A stretch of DNA of 34,539 nt from UHGV virus genome UHGV-2132316. The stretch is one strand, 5' to 3'. Below the pieces are notes generated by a model. The model ran no database searches, was not told the origin of the DNA, and was given only the letters and a program-made list of their open reading frames with translations. Origin of the DNA: a virus. Below, one piece after another: positions 17,691-26,811 of the stretch (positions are counted from its first letter, which is position 1; each line of letters starts with the position of its first letter). The position numbers and the translations under genes were made by a program.

Positions 17691-18010
17691 TCGTCCTTCT
17701 CCTTCACCCTGCGATTAAAGGCCGCAATAACCTTGTCGCGTGCTTTCTCTGCCCCCATGAAACCGATTGATGCGCCGATAAACGTCACGGCATCTTCAGG
17801 AAAACCGAAGAAGCGCAACGACCCGGCCACGGCCATGGCAAGAACGCCGCACGCCAGCGATCCCGTTACGGTCTGAACCAGTGTTCGTCCGTCATAAAGA
17901 CTCATCAGCGCGGAAATGCTGACCGCCGCGCCTACTGCATACACCGTTGGCAGGTGGTCAAAGAGCCATGCAATAACCTGCTCTGTGATCCCTGTTTGAA
18001 TGGTGCTCAC
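17687..18010 (-). CDS. Putative holin (GTG start at 18010 with GGGGGAG RBS)
   Basis: About 107 aa with two strongly hydrophobic segments and a charged C-terminus (RRVKEKDE); immediately upstream of the endolysin. Confidence 0.55.
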   Translation of the reverse strand: MSTIQTGITEQVIAWLFDHLPTVYAVGAAVSISALMSLYDGRTLVQTVTGSLACGVLAMAVAGSLRFFGFPEDAVTFIGASIGFMGAEKARDKVIAAFNRRVKEKDE

Positions 18011-18012
18011 TG

Positions 18013-18213
18013 CTACTCCCCCCACAACTGAATCATTTCTCGTTTCTTCTTCTCCGGCTCCGGCATCTCCACGTCCTGCCCGGCGTCCAGAAATACCTGC
18101 TGACAGAGTCCGGGGTTGGCATCCAGCACCTTTTCGGTGACGCCCTGCGTCGTGCCGTAGTACCGGAAACAGAGCGAATCCACGGTGTCGCCTTCCAGTG
18201 CCTTCACTTTCAT
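18013..18213 (-). CDS. X: Tail protein gpX-like (LysM-like)
   Basis: 67 aa from MKVKALEGDTVDSLCFRYYG...; resembles remembered P2 X. Confidence 0.8.
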   Translation of the reverse strand: MKVKALEGDTVDSLCFRYYGTTQGVTEKVLDANPGLCQQVFLDAGQDVEMPEPEKKKREMIQLWGE

Positions 18214-18716
18214 CAGCACAATTCCGCAAAGATTCGCGGGCGGCACAGAATGTCAGAGATGGCCCAGCTCACATCGCGCCACAAATCCGATGTCTGTATA
18301 TCCAGTGCGTCCGCCCGGCGGTCGCCCTTGTCCGTTGTGTCCGCATCGCGGTAACGCTCCAGAATCAGGGCGCGCGTGGCGGTATAAACAGCATTGCGCC
18401 AGTGCCAGAGATTGACGCTTTCTCCGTTAATTACGGGTGCCGGAACATCGGCCAGCGTCTGATGGCCAGCTGCCTGCTGTTCCTGCTGCCATGCTTCCAG
18501 CTCGCGGGTAACGTGTGCCACAGCCCCGGTGGCAGTATGCAGCAGGCGGGAGGTGGTCACGCGGCCCGGCAGTCGTACCGCCAGACGCAGCTCGCGCAGC
18601 ACAATATCCGGCCAGAATGCACCCGCTGAAATGCGGGTATCGCCATCATCGGTATCGGTGATGTCGTCCTCTGCGGGTCTGGGTTCAGTTCTGGCAACCA
18701 TACTCATGGGGTTCAC
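18213..18716 (-). CDS. L: Head completion/stabilisation protein gpL-like
   Basis: 167 aa; synteny between M and X. Confidence 0.82.
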   Translation of the reverse strand: MNPMSMVARTEPRPAEDDITDTDDGDTRISAGAFWPDIVLRELRLAVRLPGRVTTSRLLHTATGAVAHVTRELEAWQQEQQAAGHQTLADVPAPVINGESVNLWHWRNAVYTATRALILERYRDADTTDKGDRRADALDIQTSDLWRDVSWAISDILCRPRIFAELC

Positions 18717-18809
18717 TCCTGAAAAAAATCGGGCGGTGGGTGCGCGGTGTAAACGGTCACGGAGTCAAACCGGAACACCGCGCACGCCGCCCGCTGACGG
18801 GGTCAGTCG

Positions 18810-19610
18810 TTAACCGCGCTTCGCCTTCTGCGTCGCGGTGGTTTTTCGTGTTGCAGGCTTCCGCGTTGTCTTTTTACTTTTGCTGCTTTCGTCCTGCGTC
18901 TGCTGTGCGCTGGCGTCTTCTGGTGCGGCTGCGGAATCGGCTTTTTTCAGGGCGCGGGAAAGGGTTGCAATCTCGCGTTTCACACCTGCGTTCGGGTTCA
19001 GGTGCATTGCTTCGCGCAGCAGCTTCAGTGACAGGGCCATGCTGTCCGTATCACTCAGGCCACGGCGGGCAAAGGCGCACGCTTTGCATAATTTGGCGCG
19101 CACTTCGTCCGGCATGTCCTGGTCGGTGACAATCTCCCGGAGGGTGTCCAGTGGTTCGATAAAGGCGGACAAATCCGCGTCGGCATCCGTCCCGGCCCGC
19201 GTCAGTACCGGATTACAGATTTCTTCGGTCAGTACCGTGGCAGCAGTACGTCCAAAGTTATCCGGCATGATGAGGTTGTGACGGACCACATATGCACCAA
19301 TACGCAGCGCCAGCGGAAGATCGCCGCAGTCAATCGCCCAGACCATCAGCGTGGCAATCACTTCATCCTGCTGCCCGCCGTCAGCCTCCAGCGTTCCCTC
19401 AATCCAGCCGGAAAAGTCCGGCAATAACTCTTTTTTGATGGCGGCTTTCGCGCTTCTGGCCTGTACGCCCTTAAGCCGGGCCTGTGCCAGACGCAGACGA
19501 TACAGCACCTCTTCATGCGCGGTACGCGCGGCGTGGTCCACGCCTTCATTCGCCCGGCCTGCGCGCTGTGCCATCACGTTCTGCCAGTGTTGCTGTGCAG
19601 GAGTAATCAT
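18810..19610 (-). CDS. M: Terminase small (endonuclease) subunit gpM-like
   Basis: 266 aa; synteny N-M-L; basic C-terminal tail. Confidence 0.85.
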   Translation of the reverse strand: MITPAQQHWQNVMAQRAGRANEGVDHAARTAHEEVLYRLRLAQARLKGVQARSAKAAIKKELLPDFSGWIEGTLEADGGQQDEVIATLMVWAIDCGDLPLALRIGAYVVRHNLIMPDNFGRTAATVLTEEICNPVLTRAGTDADADLSAFIEPLDTLREIVTDQDMPDEVRAKLCKACAFARRGLSDTDSMALSLKLLREAMHLNPNAGVKREIATLSRALKKADSAAAPEDASAQQTQDESSKSKKTTRKPATRKTTATQKAKRG

Positions 19611-19655
19611 TTTTTCTCTCCGTTACAGGCGGGCATGATGCCCGCCGTGAGGTGA

Positions 19656-20708
19656 TTAGCTGTCGGCGAACTTCAGGCCAGTGACCATCGCGCACTTGCC
19701 ATAGTCTTCAACGACATAAGCGTCATTGATGGACTGGTAGGTGGCGATGCGGTTGTATTCCGGCTCGTCTTTCATCAGGCGACGCATTGTTCCTTTCTGC
19801 CAGTAAATTGACAGGTTGTTGAACGAGGTGATCAGCATCGTTGCATCCGGGAAGAACGGCGCAAGGAATACATCCAGCCCGCCAATGGCGCGCGATGACA
19901 GGATGAGCTGTCCGGCAAGTAATTCCGCATTGGGATTCTGGCCGCTGATGCTGTTCAGCACGGGCAGACGCAGCGAGTTAAACAGGTTGCGCCCCATAAT
20001 CACCACGAGGTCGTCAGCTTCCTTGTGCCATTCATCCAGCAGGGATGAGCGCGCGTCCTGTACCAGTGCATCAGCGTTCGCATATTTACCCGCGTGCGCC
20101 ACGGTGTTGTCCATGTTGCGGGAGGTCAGCGTTACATCATTCATAACGCGCTCGCTGGCGTCGGTTCTGATGTGCTCCAGCCATCCCACGTTAACGTCCT
20201 GAAGCAGCTTGTTAGTGCTGAAGTTGGACTCATCTGCGTGAGACGTGCCGTTGAAACCGATCATGATGCGGTCAAGCGCCACCTGCCGGGCAATCTGTGT
20301 GCTGACGCGGGACTGAAAATCAGGGTGTGCCGCCCAGGCATCAAGCTGCGGATACGAAATAAACGTGTCGTAGTTCACCTGTTCGCACTGGTATTTGCGG
20401 TTTTTCAGATCAACCACGTTATTCGGGTTACGGCGTTTTGTGCCGTCATAACTGGTATTCGTGCGCGCAATCGGCCCGGTGGTGTCCAGGAGGATTTTTT
20501 CGCCTTTCTGGTCAGTCACACCGAACACGTTAATTTTTTTTGTAAATTCAGTGCTCTCCTTTACTGCGTTTTCAAAACGCTGCTGCACCGAGGGTTCTAC
20601 GGTAAATCGCGATACCAGTGCAGATACCGGGATATTGTTAAGCGACGCCTGCTGCGCCATATAGCAACCCAGCTTGTTGCGGGTAATATCTGACATCACC
20701 AGATTCAT
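19656..20708 (-). CDS. N: Major capsid protein gpN-like (start may be an internal ATG)
   Basis: 350 aa; FTVEPSV..., ...DLVVIMGR..., ...LSIYW... resemble P2 N. Confidence 0.9.
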   Translation of the reverse strand: MNLVMSDITRNKLGCYMAQQASLNNIPVSALVSRFTVEPSVQQRFENAVKESTEFTKKINVFGVTDQKGEKILLDTTGPIARTNTSYDGTKRRNPNNVVDLKNRKYQCEQVNYDTFISYPQLDAWAAHPDFQSRVSTQIARQVALDRIMIGFNGTSHADESNFSTNKLLQDVNVGWLEHIRTDASERVMNDVTLTSRNMDNTVAHAGKYANADALVQDARSSLLDEWHKEADDLVVIMGRNLFNSLRLPVLNSISGQNPNAELLAGQLILSSRAIGGLDVFLAPFFPDATMLITSFNNLSIYWQKGTMRRLMKDEPEYNRIATYQSINDAYVVEDYGKCAMVTGLKFADS

Positions 20709-20730
20709 AAAAATTTGCTCCTTTGTCTTA

Positions 20731-21567
20731 TCAGAAGTCAGCCAGCTGGTCGGAGGCTGCGCCCGTTGCGGTGAAGCGGTTCTGCGGATCGCCGTCCTGC
20801 GTGCGCAGTTTTTCCTTCAGTGCTGTCAGCTCTGTGGTCAGTGACGTGATTTTCTGGCGGTCCTGCTGATGGCGGGTTTCCAGCACATTAAAACGGTCGA
20901 TAATGTCGGCCTGTGACGTTGCGACGCCTTCCACCGCTTCCTGAATACGGGAGAAACTGGCGTCATCCGCTTTGCGGCCACGACCAATAATCCCCATTAC
21001 GCGGTTAAACCACTGGGTGCCTTCTTCCTGGCGTTGTTCTGCCATTTCGATGATTTCAGACTCGATGGCTTCGGAAATGAGCGGTGCTTCACCCTGGACA
21101 CTGTTGAACGTCATCACCGCCTGACGTTGCTGTGCCGTGAATTTCAGGCGCTCAGTGCCCAGGCTTGCCGGGGTGTCGGTCATCGCCAGCCCGACCAGAT
21201 AGGCGCGCCCGTTAACGGAGAACTGCGGGTGCAGTTCGATACTGGAATAGATTTTCTTGCCGTCCGCGACAAGCTGCTTCATGCGCTCGGTCGGTTCGAT
21301 TTCTGCATACAGCGCAGTACGTCCGGCCAGCGGACCTTCCGTAATGTCTTCCGTACTCAGTGCGGTGACATCGCCCATTGCGGAAAATTCGCTTGACGGG
21401 CATGGCGAGAGATAGTGCTCAACGTTCACGCGGGCAGCGTAAACATCCGGGTTGAAGTTCTCGGCGGCTTCACGCAGATGCACCGGACTGATTTCACGGC
21501 CATCAACAGTTGATCCGGAGACAGCCACGCGAAACTTTTTGCGGGATGTCTTTTTTTCATTAGCCAT
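20731..21567 (-). CDS. O: Capsid scaffolding protein gpO-like
   Basis: Start at MANEKKTSRKKFRV... (AGAGGGG RBS); ...YLVGLAMTDTPASLGTE... like P2 O. Confidence 0.85.
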   Translation of the reverse strand: MANEKKTSRKKFRVAVSGSTVDGREISPVHLREAAENFNPDVYAARVNVEHYLSPCPSSEFSAMGDVTALSTEDITEGPLAGRTALYAEIEPTERMKQLVADGKKIYSSIELHPQFSVNGRAYLVGLAMTDTPASLGTERLKFTAQQRQAVMTFNSVQGEAPLISEAIESEIIEMAEQRQEEGTQWFNRVMGIIGRGRKADDASFSRIQEAVEGVATSQADIIDRFNVLETRHQQDRQKITSLTTELTALKEKLRTQDGDPQNRFTATGAASDQLADF

Positions 21568-21721
21568 AGTTTTTGCCCCTCTGACTGGTTCTTCAGTCAT
21601 GATGGCAAAGCGTAACAGGCTGATACAAAGGGCTTTTGTTGTAAGAAAACGGCCAGAACAGGGGGTTAAGGAGAACGGTTTCGCGCGCGGGTAATCTTCC
21701 TGTAATTACTCAGGGGGAGCA
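21568..21721. promoter_or_regulatory. Divergent late-promoter region between O and P; contains TTTTGTTGT-N11-CAGAACAG (21634..21661)
   Basis: 154-bp spacer between divergent capsid and terminase operons; shares an element with the D/FI intergenic region. Confidence 0.5.
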
Positions 21722-23473
21722 ATGATTCAGGACGCTTTTGTGCGCCAGCGTGCGCGGCAACTTTACTGGCAGGGTTATCCGCCCGCAGAAATATCACGTC
21801 TGATGGGAATAAACCCGAACACGATTTATGCGTGGAAAAAACGCGACCAGTGGGATGAAACGCCACCCGTGCAGCGTGTCACGCAGTCCATCGATGCGCG
21901 CCTCATCCAGCTTACTGAAAAACAGAATAAAACAGGTGGTGACTTTAAGGAAATAGACCTGCTGACCCGGCAGCTTAAAAAACTGCATGATGGCCAGCCG
22001 GATGCGACGGCCACAGGAAAGAAAGGCCGGGCGAAAAAACTTAAAAATCATTTCACGCCGGAGCAGATTGCCGCACTGCGGGAAAAAATCATCAGCAGGC
22101 TGGAGTGGCATCAGCGGGGCTGGTTTGACTCCCTGACCCTTTGCAGTGAAGCCGGGATACGTAACAGGATGATCCTGAAATCCCGACAGATTGGGGCGAC
22201 CTGGTATTTTGCACAGGAAGCACTGCTGATGGCGCTGCGTGACGATGTGGCACAACCTTACCAGCGTAACCAGATTTTTTTGTCTGCGTCGCGTCGTCAG
22301 GCGTTCCAGTTTAAAAGCATTATTCAGAAGGCCGCGGCTGAAGTTGATGTGGAGCTGAAAGGGGGCGATAAAATCATCCTCTCCAACGGCGCAGAACTGC
22401 ATTTTCTCGGTACTTCTGCTGCGACGGCACAGTCCTACACAGGCAATTTTTATTTTGATGAATTTTTCTGGGTCAGTCGCTTTGCTGAACTGCGCAAGGT
22501 GGCTGGCGCTATGGCAACCCTCAGCGGACTGCGGCGCACCTACTTCTCCACGCCATCAACCGAAACGCACGAGGCATACGTCTACTGGAACGGCGACCGC
22601 TGGAACGAGAAAAAGGCCGCGCATAAACGCCAGCGTTTTTCTGTGGACTGGAAAACGCTGCATAACGGGCTTATCTGCCCCGACCGGACGTGGCGGCAAA
22701 TTGTCACGCTGGAAGATGTGGTTAATCACGGCTGGAAACACACCGATATTGATGAAATTCGTGATGAAAACACCGAAGACGAGTTCCGCAATCTCTATAT
22801 GTGTGAGTTTGTCCGCGAAGGGGAATCGGCATTTAACCTGAATATCCTGATTGGCTGCGGCGTTGACGGATACGACGACTGGAAAGACTGGAAACCTTTT
22901 GCTCCCCGCCCGATGGGAAATCGTCCGGTATGGATTGGGTATGACGCAAACGGCAGCAGTGGCAACGGCGACAGCGGCGCTGTGTCCGTGGTGGTTCCTC
23001 CGGCTGTTCCTGGTGGCCGTTTTCGAACGGTGGAGACGCGACGCGTTCAGGGGCTGGAGTTTGAAGAACAGGCCAGAGTCATTGAAGAGTTCACGTGTCG
23101 CTACAACGTGGAACACATCGGCATTGATGTGACGGGCGGGAACGGGGAGGCTGTTTATCAGATAGTGAAACGGTTTTTCCCTGCTGCTATTCCGTACACC
23201 TTCACGCTGTCATCAAAACGGTCGCTGGTACTGAAAATGCTGCAAATAATGCGTGCCGGGCGGTGGGAATACGATCGCGCCGAACGCGAACTGGTCGCGG
23301 CCTTTAACGCCGTGCGTAAGGTGAAAACACCGGGCGGCTTTATCACTTACGAAACGGACCGCGCGAGGGGGATCAGCCACGGCGACCTTGCGTGGGCGAC
23401 CATGCTTGCTGTCATTAACGAACCGATTGGCGGCGAAGGAGAAAACGAGCGTTTCACGGTTATGGAGTTCTGA
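21722..23473 (+). CDS. P: Terminase large (ATPase) subunit gpP-like
   Basis: 583 aa; divergent from O as in P2. Confidence 0.92.
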   Translation: MIQDAFVRQRARQLYWQGYPPAEISRLMGINPNTIYAWKKRDQWDETPPVQRVTQSIDARLIQLTEKQNKTGGDFKEIDLLTRQLKKLHDGQPDATATGKKGRAKKLKNHFTPEQIAALREKIISRLEWHQRGWFDSLTLCSEAGIRNRMILKSRQIGATWYFAQEALLMALRDDVAQPYQRNQIFLSASRRQAFQFKSIIQKAAAEVDVELKGGDKIILSNGAELHFLGTSAATAQSYTGNFYFDEFFWVSRFAELRKVAGAMATLSGLRRTYFSTPSTETHEAYVYWNGDRWNEKKAAHKRQRFSVDWKTLHNGLICPDRTWRQIVTLEDVVNHGWKHTDIDEIRDENTEDEFRNLYMCEFVREGESAFNLNILIGCGVDGYDDWKDWKPFAPRPMGNRPVWIGYDANGSSGNGDSGAVSVVVPPAVPGGRFRTVETRRVQGLEFEEQARVIEEFTCRYNVEHIGIDVTGGNGEAVYQIVKRFFPAAIPYTFTLSSKRSLVLKMLQIMRAGRWEYDRAERELVAAFNAVRKVKTPGGFITYETDRARGISHGDLAWATMLAVINEPIGGEGENERFTVMEF

Positions 23474-24519
23474 TGAGCAGAAAAAATAAAAAAGTGCGCA
23501 TGAGTTCACGCATTGATCTCGCTGATGCGCTCAGGAAAGAATCATCGCTCAGTGCATTCACATTTGATGGTCCTTATCGCCTGACCGGGCATGACCTGCT
23601 GGACAATATGTACTGTGCTGATAACGGGCGGTGGTATGAAACCCCGGTGGACTGGTACGGTCTGGCAAGAGCTGCCCGGCAAACGTCCTGGCATCAGTCT
23701 GCGCTTTACTTTAAGCGCAATGTATTGCTCGGTTGCTATATTCCTCACCCGCTGCTTTCCCGGCAGGATTTCTCGGCGCTGGCGCTGGACTGGTTTGTGT
23801 TCGGTAACGCATTCCTTGAGCTTCGAAGCAATATGCTCGGTGAACCGCTTAAATTACGGCACGCCCTGGCGAAATACATGCGACGCGGAAGCGATCTTGA
23901 ATCATGGTGGTATGTGCAGGATGGCAAGGACGCGTTCCAGTTTCGCCCTGGCAAAGTGTGCCACCTGATGAATCCGGATATTAACCAGGAAATCTACGGC
24001 ATGCCGGAATATCTTGGCGCATTACTCTCGGCCAGCCTGTCTCATTCGGCGGACATGTTCAGAAAACTGTATTACGACAACGGATCCCACGCCGGGTGCA
24101 TCATCTACATCGGTGCAGCGCAGGTAAACCGCGAAAGCATGGACTCCCTGAAAGAAACGCTACAGGGGGCACGTGGTGGTGGTGCGTTTAAAAACGTGCT
24201 CATTCATGCGCCCAACGGGGGCAAAGAGGGGGTGCAAATTTTGCCGTTCCAGCAGATCACCGCAAAGGATGAGTTCATGAATGTTAAGGCGGCATCCCGT
24301 GATGATGTGCTGGCTGCGCACCGCGTTCCACCGCAACTGATGGGGGCAATGCCGGGCGAAAAAAGTGCGTTTGGTGATGTGGAGAAGGCCGCGCGGGTTT
24401 ACGCAATTAACGAGCTGATGCCCGTCATGGAGGCCATGAAGCACATCAATGACTGGCTTGGCGAAGAGGTGATCCGCTTTAACCCTTACGCACTGTTAGA
24501 CACCCAGCCCACATCCTGA
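23473..24519 (+). CDS. Q: Portal protein gpQ-like
   Basis: 348 aa; start overlaps the P stop (TGATGA); last gene before the cos region. Confidence 0.9.
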   Translation: MSRKNKKVRMSSRIDLADALRKESSLSAFTFDGPYRLTGHDLLDNMYCADNGRWYETPVDWYGLARAARQTSWHQSALYFKRNVLLGCYIPHPLLSRQDFSALALDWFVFGNAFLELRSNMLGEPLKLRHALAKYMRRGSDLESWWYVQDGKDAFQFRPGKVCHLMNPDINQEIYGMPEYLGALLSASLSHSADMFRKLYYDNGSHAGCIIYIGAAQVNRESMDSLKETLQGARGGGAFKNVLIHAPNGGKEGVQILPFQQITAKDEFMNVKAASRDDVLAAHRVPPQLMGAMPGEKSAFGDVEKAARVYAINELMPVMEAMKHINDWLGEEVIRFNPYALLDTQPTS

Positions 24520-24984
24520 CGCGCTTCGCTTGTCTGCTGCTTCGCCGGGGCATAAAAAATTTATGCCCCGACTCTCCAGCTCCTGTATCAGTCAGATAAT
24601 TTCACGACGCTTTCCTGCTGATTGCCATCATCGACAGTCAGACTCTTACGCAATCCCACCGCGTTGACTGCATGTTCTCGCCGTCTCAGTGCGATTTTGA
24701 CGGCCTTACCTTTCACCCCATCAAATCAAAAGCTCTCACGTCTTTTTCACGCTCAGCGTGAGAAATACAGCCATTCTGTTGTATCTCTGCGACATCGTTC
24801 AGGGAATGCTATTTACCCCCTGAAACGCGGGCTGTTCCCCCGTCACCTGCGCGCAGAAAAAACGCGTTTTTTTGTGCACGCACGGATCCCTGACGGATCC
24901 AGCCGCCACGCGGGCCGGAAGGGCAAAAAGTCGTTCAAAAAAATTGTGCAAATTTGTGCACTATTGTGCAGTGTGAAGAGCAAT
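24520..24984. other. Non-coding cos/packaging region between the portal gene and the cargo cassette; exact cohesive-end site not pinned down
   Basis: About 465 bp without a credible ORF, rich in palindromes and phased repeats; position corresponds to cos in the P2 map. Confidence 0.45.
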
Positions 24985-25012
24985 AAAAAAGGGCTTTATT
25001 AGCCCTTAATTT
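24985..25012. terminator. Rho-independent terminator (stem aagggc/gccctt) with an A-run on the plus strand, i.e. U-run for the leftward cargo operon
   Basis: Hairpin directly after the stop of the 25013..25651 gene. Confidence 0.7.
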
Positions 25013-25651
25013 TTACCTTCCCCAGTCCCGATCAGGAAGTCTATCTTTGAAGGCAAGGTAATCGTAAAACTCACGAGTATGGGAAAAAATACATTCGCAC
25101 ATTGCAGCGCCAGCGTTTGAAAGAGCCAATTTCAACATGCCGTCAGGTTTAGGATTGCTCACCAAATTTTCATAAACTTGAGCCTGATCTAAACCGTGGA
25201 CACATAACAAAAGCGAAGACTCAAAGGTAACAACCGCATCCAGTAAACGCTGATGAATCACGGAAAGGGTCGGTTGGTTTGCAACAATTGCAGTCAAACA
25301 GCGGCGATCACCAGTCATAAAAATGGCTTCTGGGTTCTCTATGCACGAGGCAAGCAATAGCTGTTCGCCTACATCAATTCCGGGCACACTCCCCAAAAGC
25401 TCAATAAGCTGGGAGTCCTGAACTTCCGGGATATCCTGTACAGATTCAATGAAGGCTCCCACTTGCTCGTAAACAACTTGGCTACCACACTTCCTGATTG
25501 CTTTATCAGGATTTTTCGGCAGAAGCTGAAAACGAGCAGCAGGGTTAATGAAGATCTGTTCGGGGGGTTGATTAAAAACCACTGGCAGTTGTGATAACAG
25601 ATTGCACTGGGCCAGCTTCAAAATGACATCATTATCAGAAAGAACAATCAC
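25013..25651 (-). CDS. Hypothetical PIN-like (putative nuclease) protein, second gene of the cargo cassette
   Basis: 212 aa; GTG start with GGGGA RBS; N-terminus IVLSDNDVILKL and ...AIFMTGDRRCL... resemble PIN-domain acidic motifs; assignment by eye only. Confidence 0.55.
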   Translation of the reverse strand: MIVLSDNDVILKLAQCNLLSQLPVVFNQPPEQIFINPAARFQLLPKNPDKAIRKCGSQVVYEQVGAFIESVQDIPEVQDSQLIELLGSVPGIDVGEQLLLASCIENPEAIFMTGDRRCLTAIVANQPTLSVIHQRLLDAVVTFESSLLLCVHGLDQAQVYENLVSNPKPDGMLKLALSNAGAAMCECIFSHTREFYDYLAFKDRLPDRDWGR

Positions 25652-25654
25652 TTA

Positions 25655-26653
25655 TTATTCCCCGATTAGATTTTCTAAAACCTTAAGATCATCTTCGTGG
25701 ATATTTTCTAAATCCATCCCGCTTTTCATCATGGCCCTCACAAAATCCTGATCTGAGTCTTCACCAGCGCAGAGTGATTTAACAGCGTTAACAGCAACGC
25801 CCCAGCAGTTCTGCGCGAAACCATAATTTAAAGCGATGTGAGTTGGGTCAATGTGATTATCACTTCCAAACTTTTGAGCTGCGCGAGCCAAGCCTGGCCC
25901 GTTCAACCTGCCAGCGGTAGGAACGATACGTAAAGACTTCTGCCCCGAAATGACCTGGAAGGCGAATTCGTTAGCTTCTTTCTCTACGTTGTCCGTCGAA
26001 GCATTCTCAATTTTTGCGTCAATATGGCACTGCCCGTTTTCTGCGTTCAGATGCCCTCTGGCGATATGGCCTAACTCATGCGCGAGATCAAACAGCATAT
26101 AGCCGTATTTCTGAGGCTGAGTAAGAACAATCACCGGGCGCCCGTGACTCATTAGCGCCAGTCCGGCCATTTTTTTTGCAGCTTGTGGGAAGCATTTTAG
26201 ATAAACAACAGGAATGCCAATCGAATGACAGTATGTTACCAGGCTATCTAGCGACACCCATGATTCCTTAGTAAGGATCTGGGTTCTTATCGCCAAAGGA
26301 TCCAGCACTGCACTAGCATCGTAAGGGACTTTGAAATTAGACGCGACAATACCGGCCGCAGTATAGGCAACAGCAGTAGCGATATCTAAATCGTTCTCGG
26401 CTACATTTTGGCGATGTTTATATTTATGGTTTCCACCAAAATTAAAGCATACCCCTTCGCTACCATCTTTCAGGCTATCCGGGAGAATGCTAAACATACG
26501 CGCAAGGTGCAGGCACGCATACTGGCGCCCTGATGGGGTGTCAGCAAGCTTCTCATCCCACCAATCAGGCAACAACCTGCGGATGTAAGAGAGATTAAAC
26601 CCGGCCCGGCCGAATTTAGAATATATCTGACTCATCTGATTATGGTTCGTCAT
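25655..26653 (-). CDS. ImmA/IrrE-family (DUF955/COG2856) HEXXH metallopeptidase-domain protein with extra N- and C-terminal regions
   Basis: 332 aa; LAHELGHIARGH followed by EKEANEFAFQ is the ImmA/IrrE signature; strong AGGAGG RBS. Confidence 0.75.
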   Translation of the reverse strand: MTNHNQMSQIYSKFGRAGFNLSYIRRLLPDWWDEKLADTPSGRQYACLHLARMFSILPDSLKDGSEGVCFNFGGNHKYKHRQNVAENDLDIATAVAYTAAGIVASNFKVPYDASAVLDPLAIRTQILTKESWVSLDSLVTYCHSIGIPVVYLKCFPQAAKKMAGLALMSHGRPVIVLTQPQKYGYMLFDLAHELGHIARGHLNAENGQCHIDAKIENASTDNVEKEANEFAFQVISGQKSLRIVPTAGRLNGPGLARAAQKFGSDNHIDPTHIALNYGFAQNCWGVAVNAVKSLCAGEDSDQDFVRAMMKSGMDLENIHEDDLKVLENLIGE

Positions 26654-26703
26654 AAGAGCCTCCTAACTGCGTGTGTAAGCGAAATGCCATTTATTATTAG
26701 CTT

Positions 26704-26758
26704 AGTTATGACACAAAAGCGCGCACACTATAAGCATAAAACGGCGAAAGTCATAACT
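26704..26758. promoter_or_regulatory. Inverted repeat AGTTATGAC ... GTCATAACT in the A-rich spacer upstream of the cargo operon
   Basis: 9-bp arms about 37 bp apart, read directly; function inferred. Confidence 0.3.
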
Positions 26759-26811
26759 ATTTCGGTTGTGTGGAAAATGGGTAATTTCTTCTTAGAGCAG
26801 CTTATATCGGC

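Noticed and set aside
18013-18246. Extended start for gene X (MPPANLCGIVL...)
   Set aside because: The extension overlaps the end of L; the internal ATG at 18213 gives the 67-aa X protein and a stop/start overlap with L.
24546-24570. Hairpin after the portal gene as a classical rho-independent terminator
   Set aside because: Perfect 11-bp stem but no downstream U-tract; kept only as a cos-region palindrome.
24622-25002. 126-aa plus-strand ORF in the cos region
   Set aside because: Arg/Ser/Lys-rich, crosses palindromes and iterons, no RBS; the region is better explained as non-coding packaging DNA.
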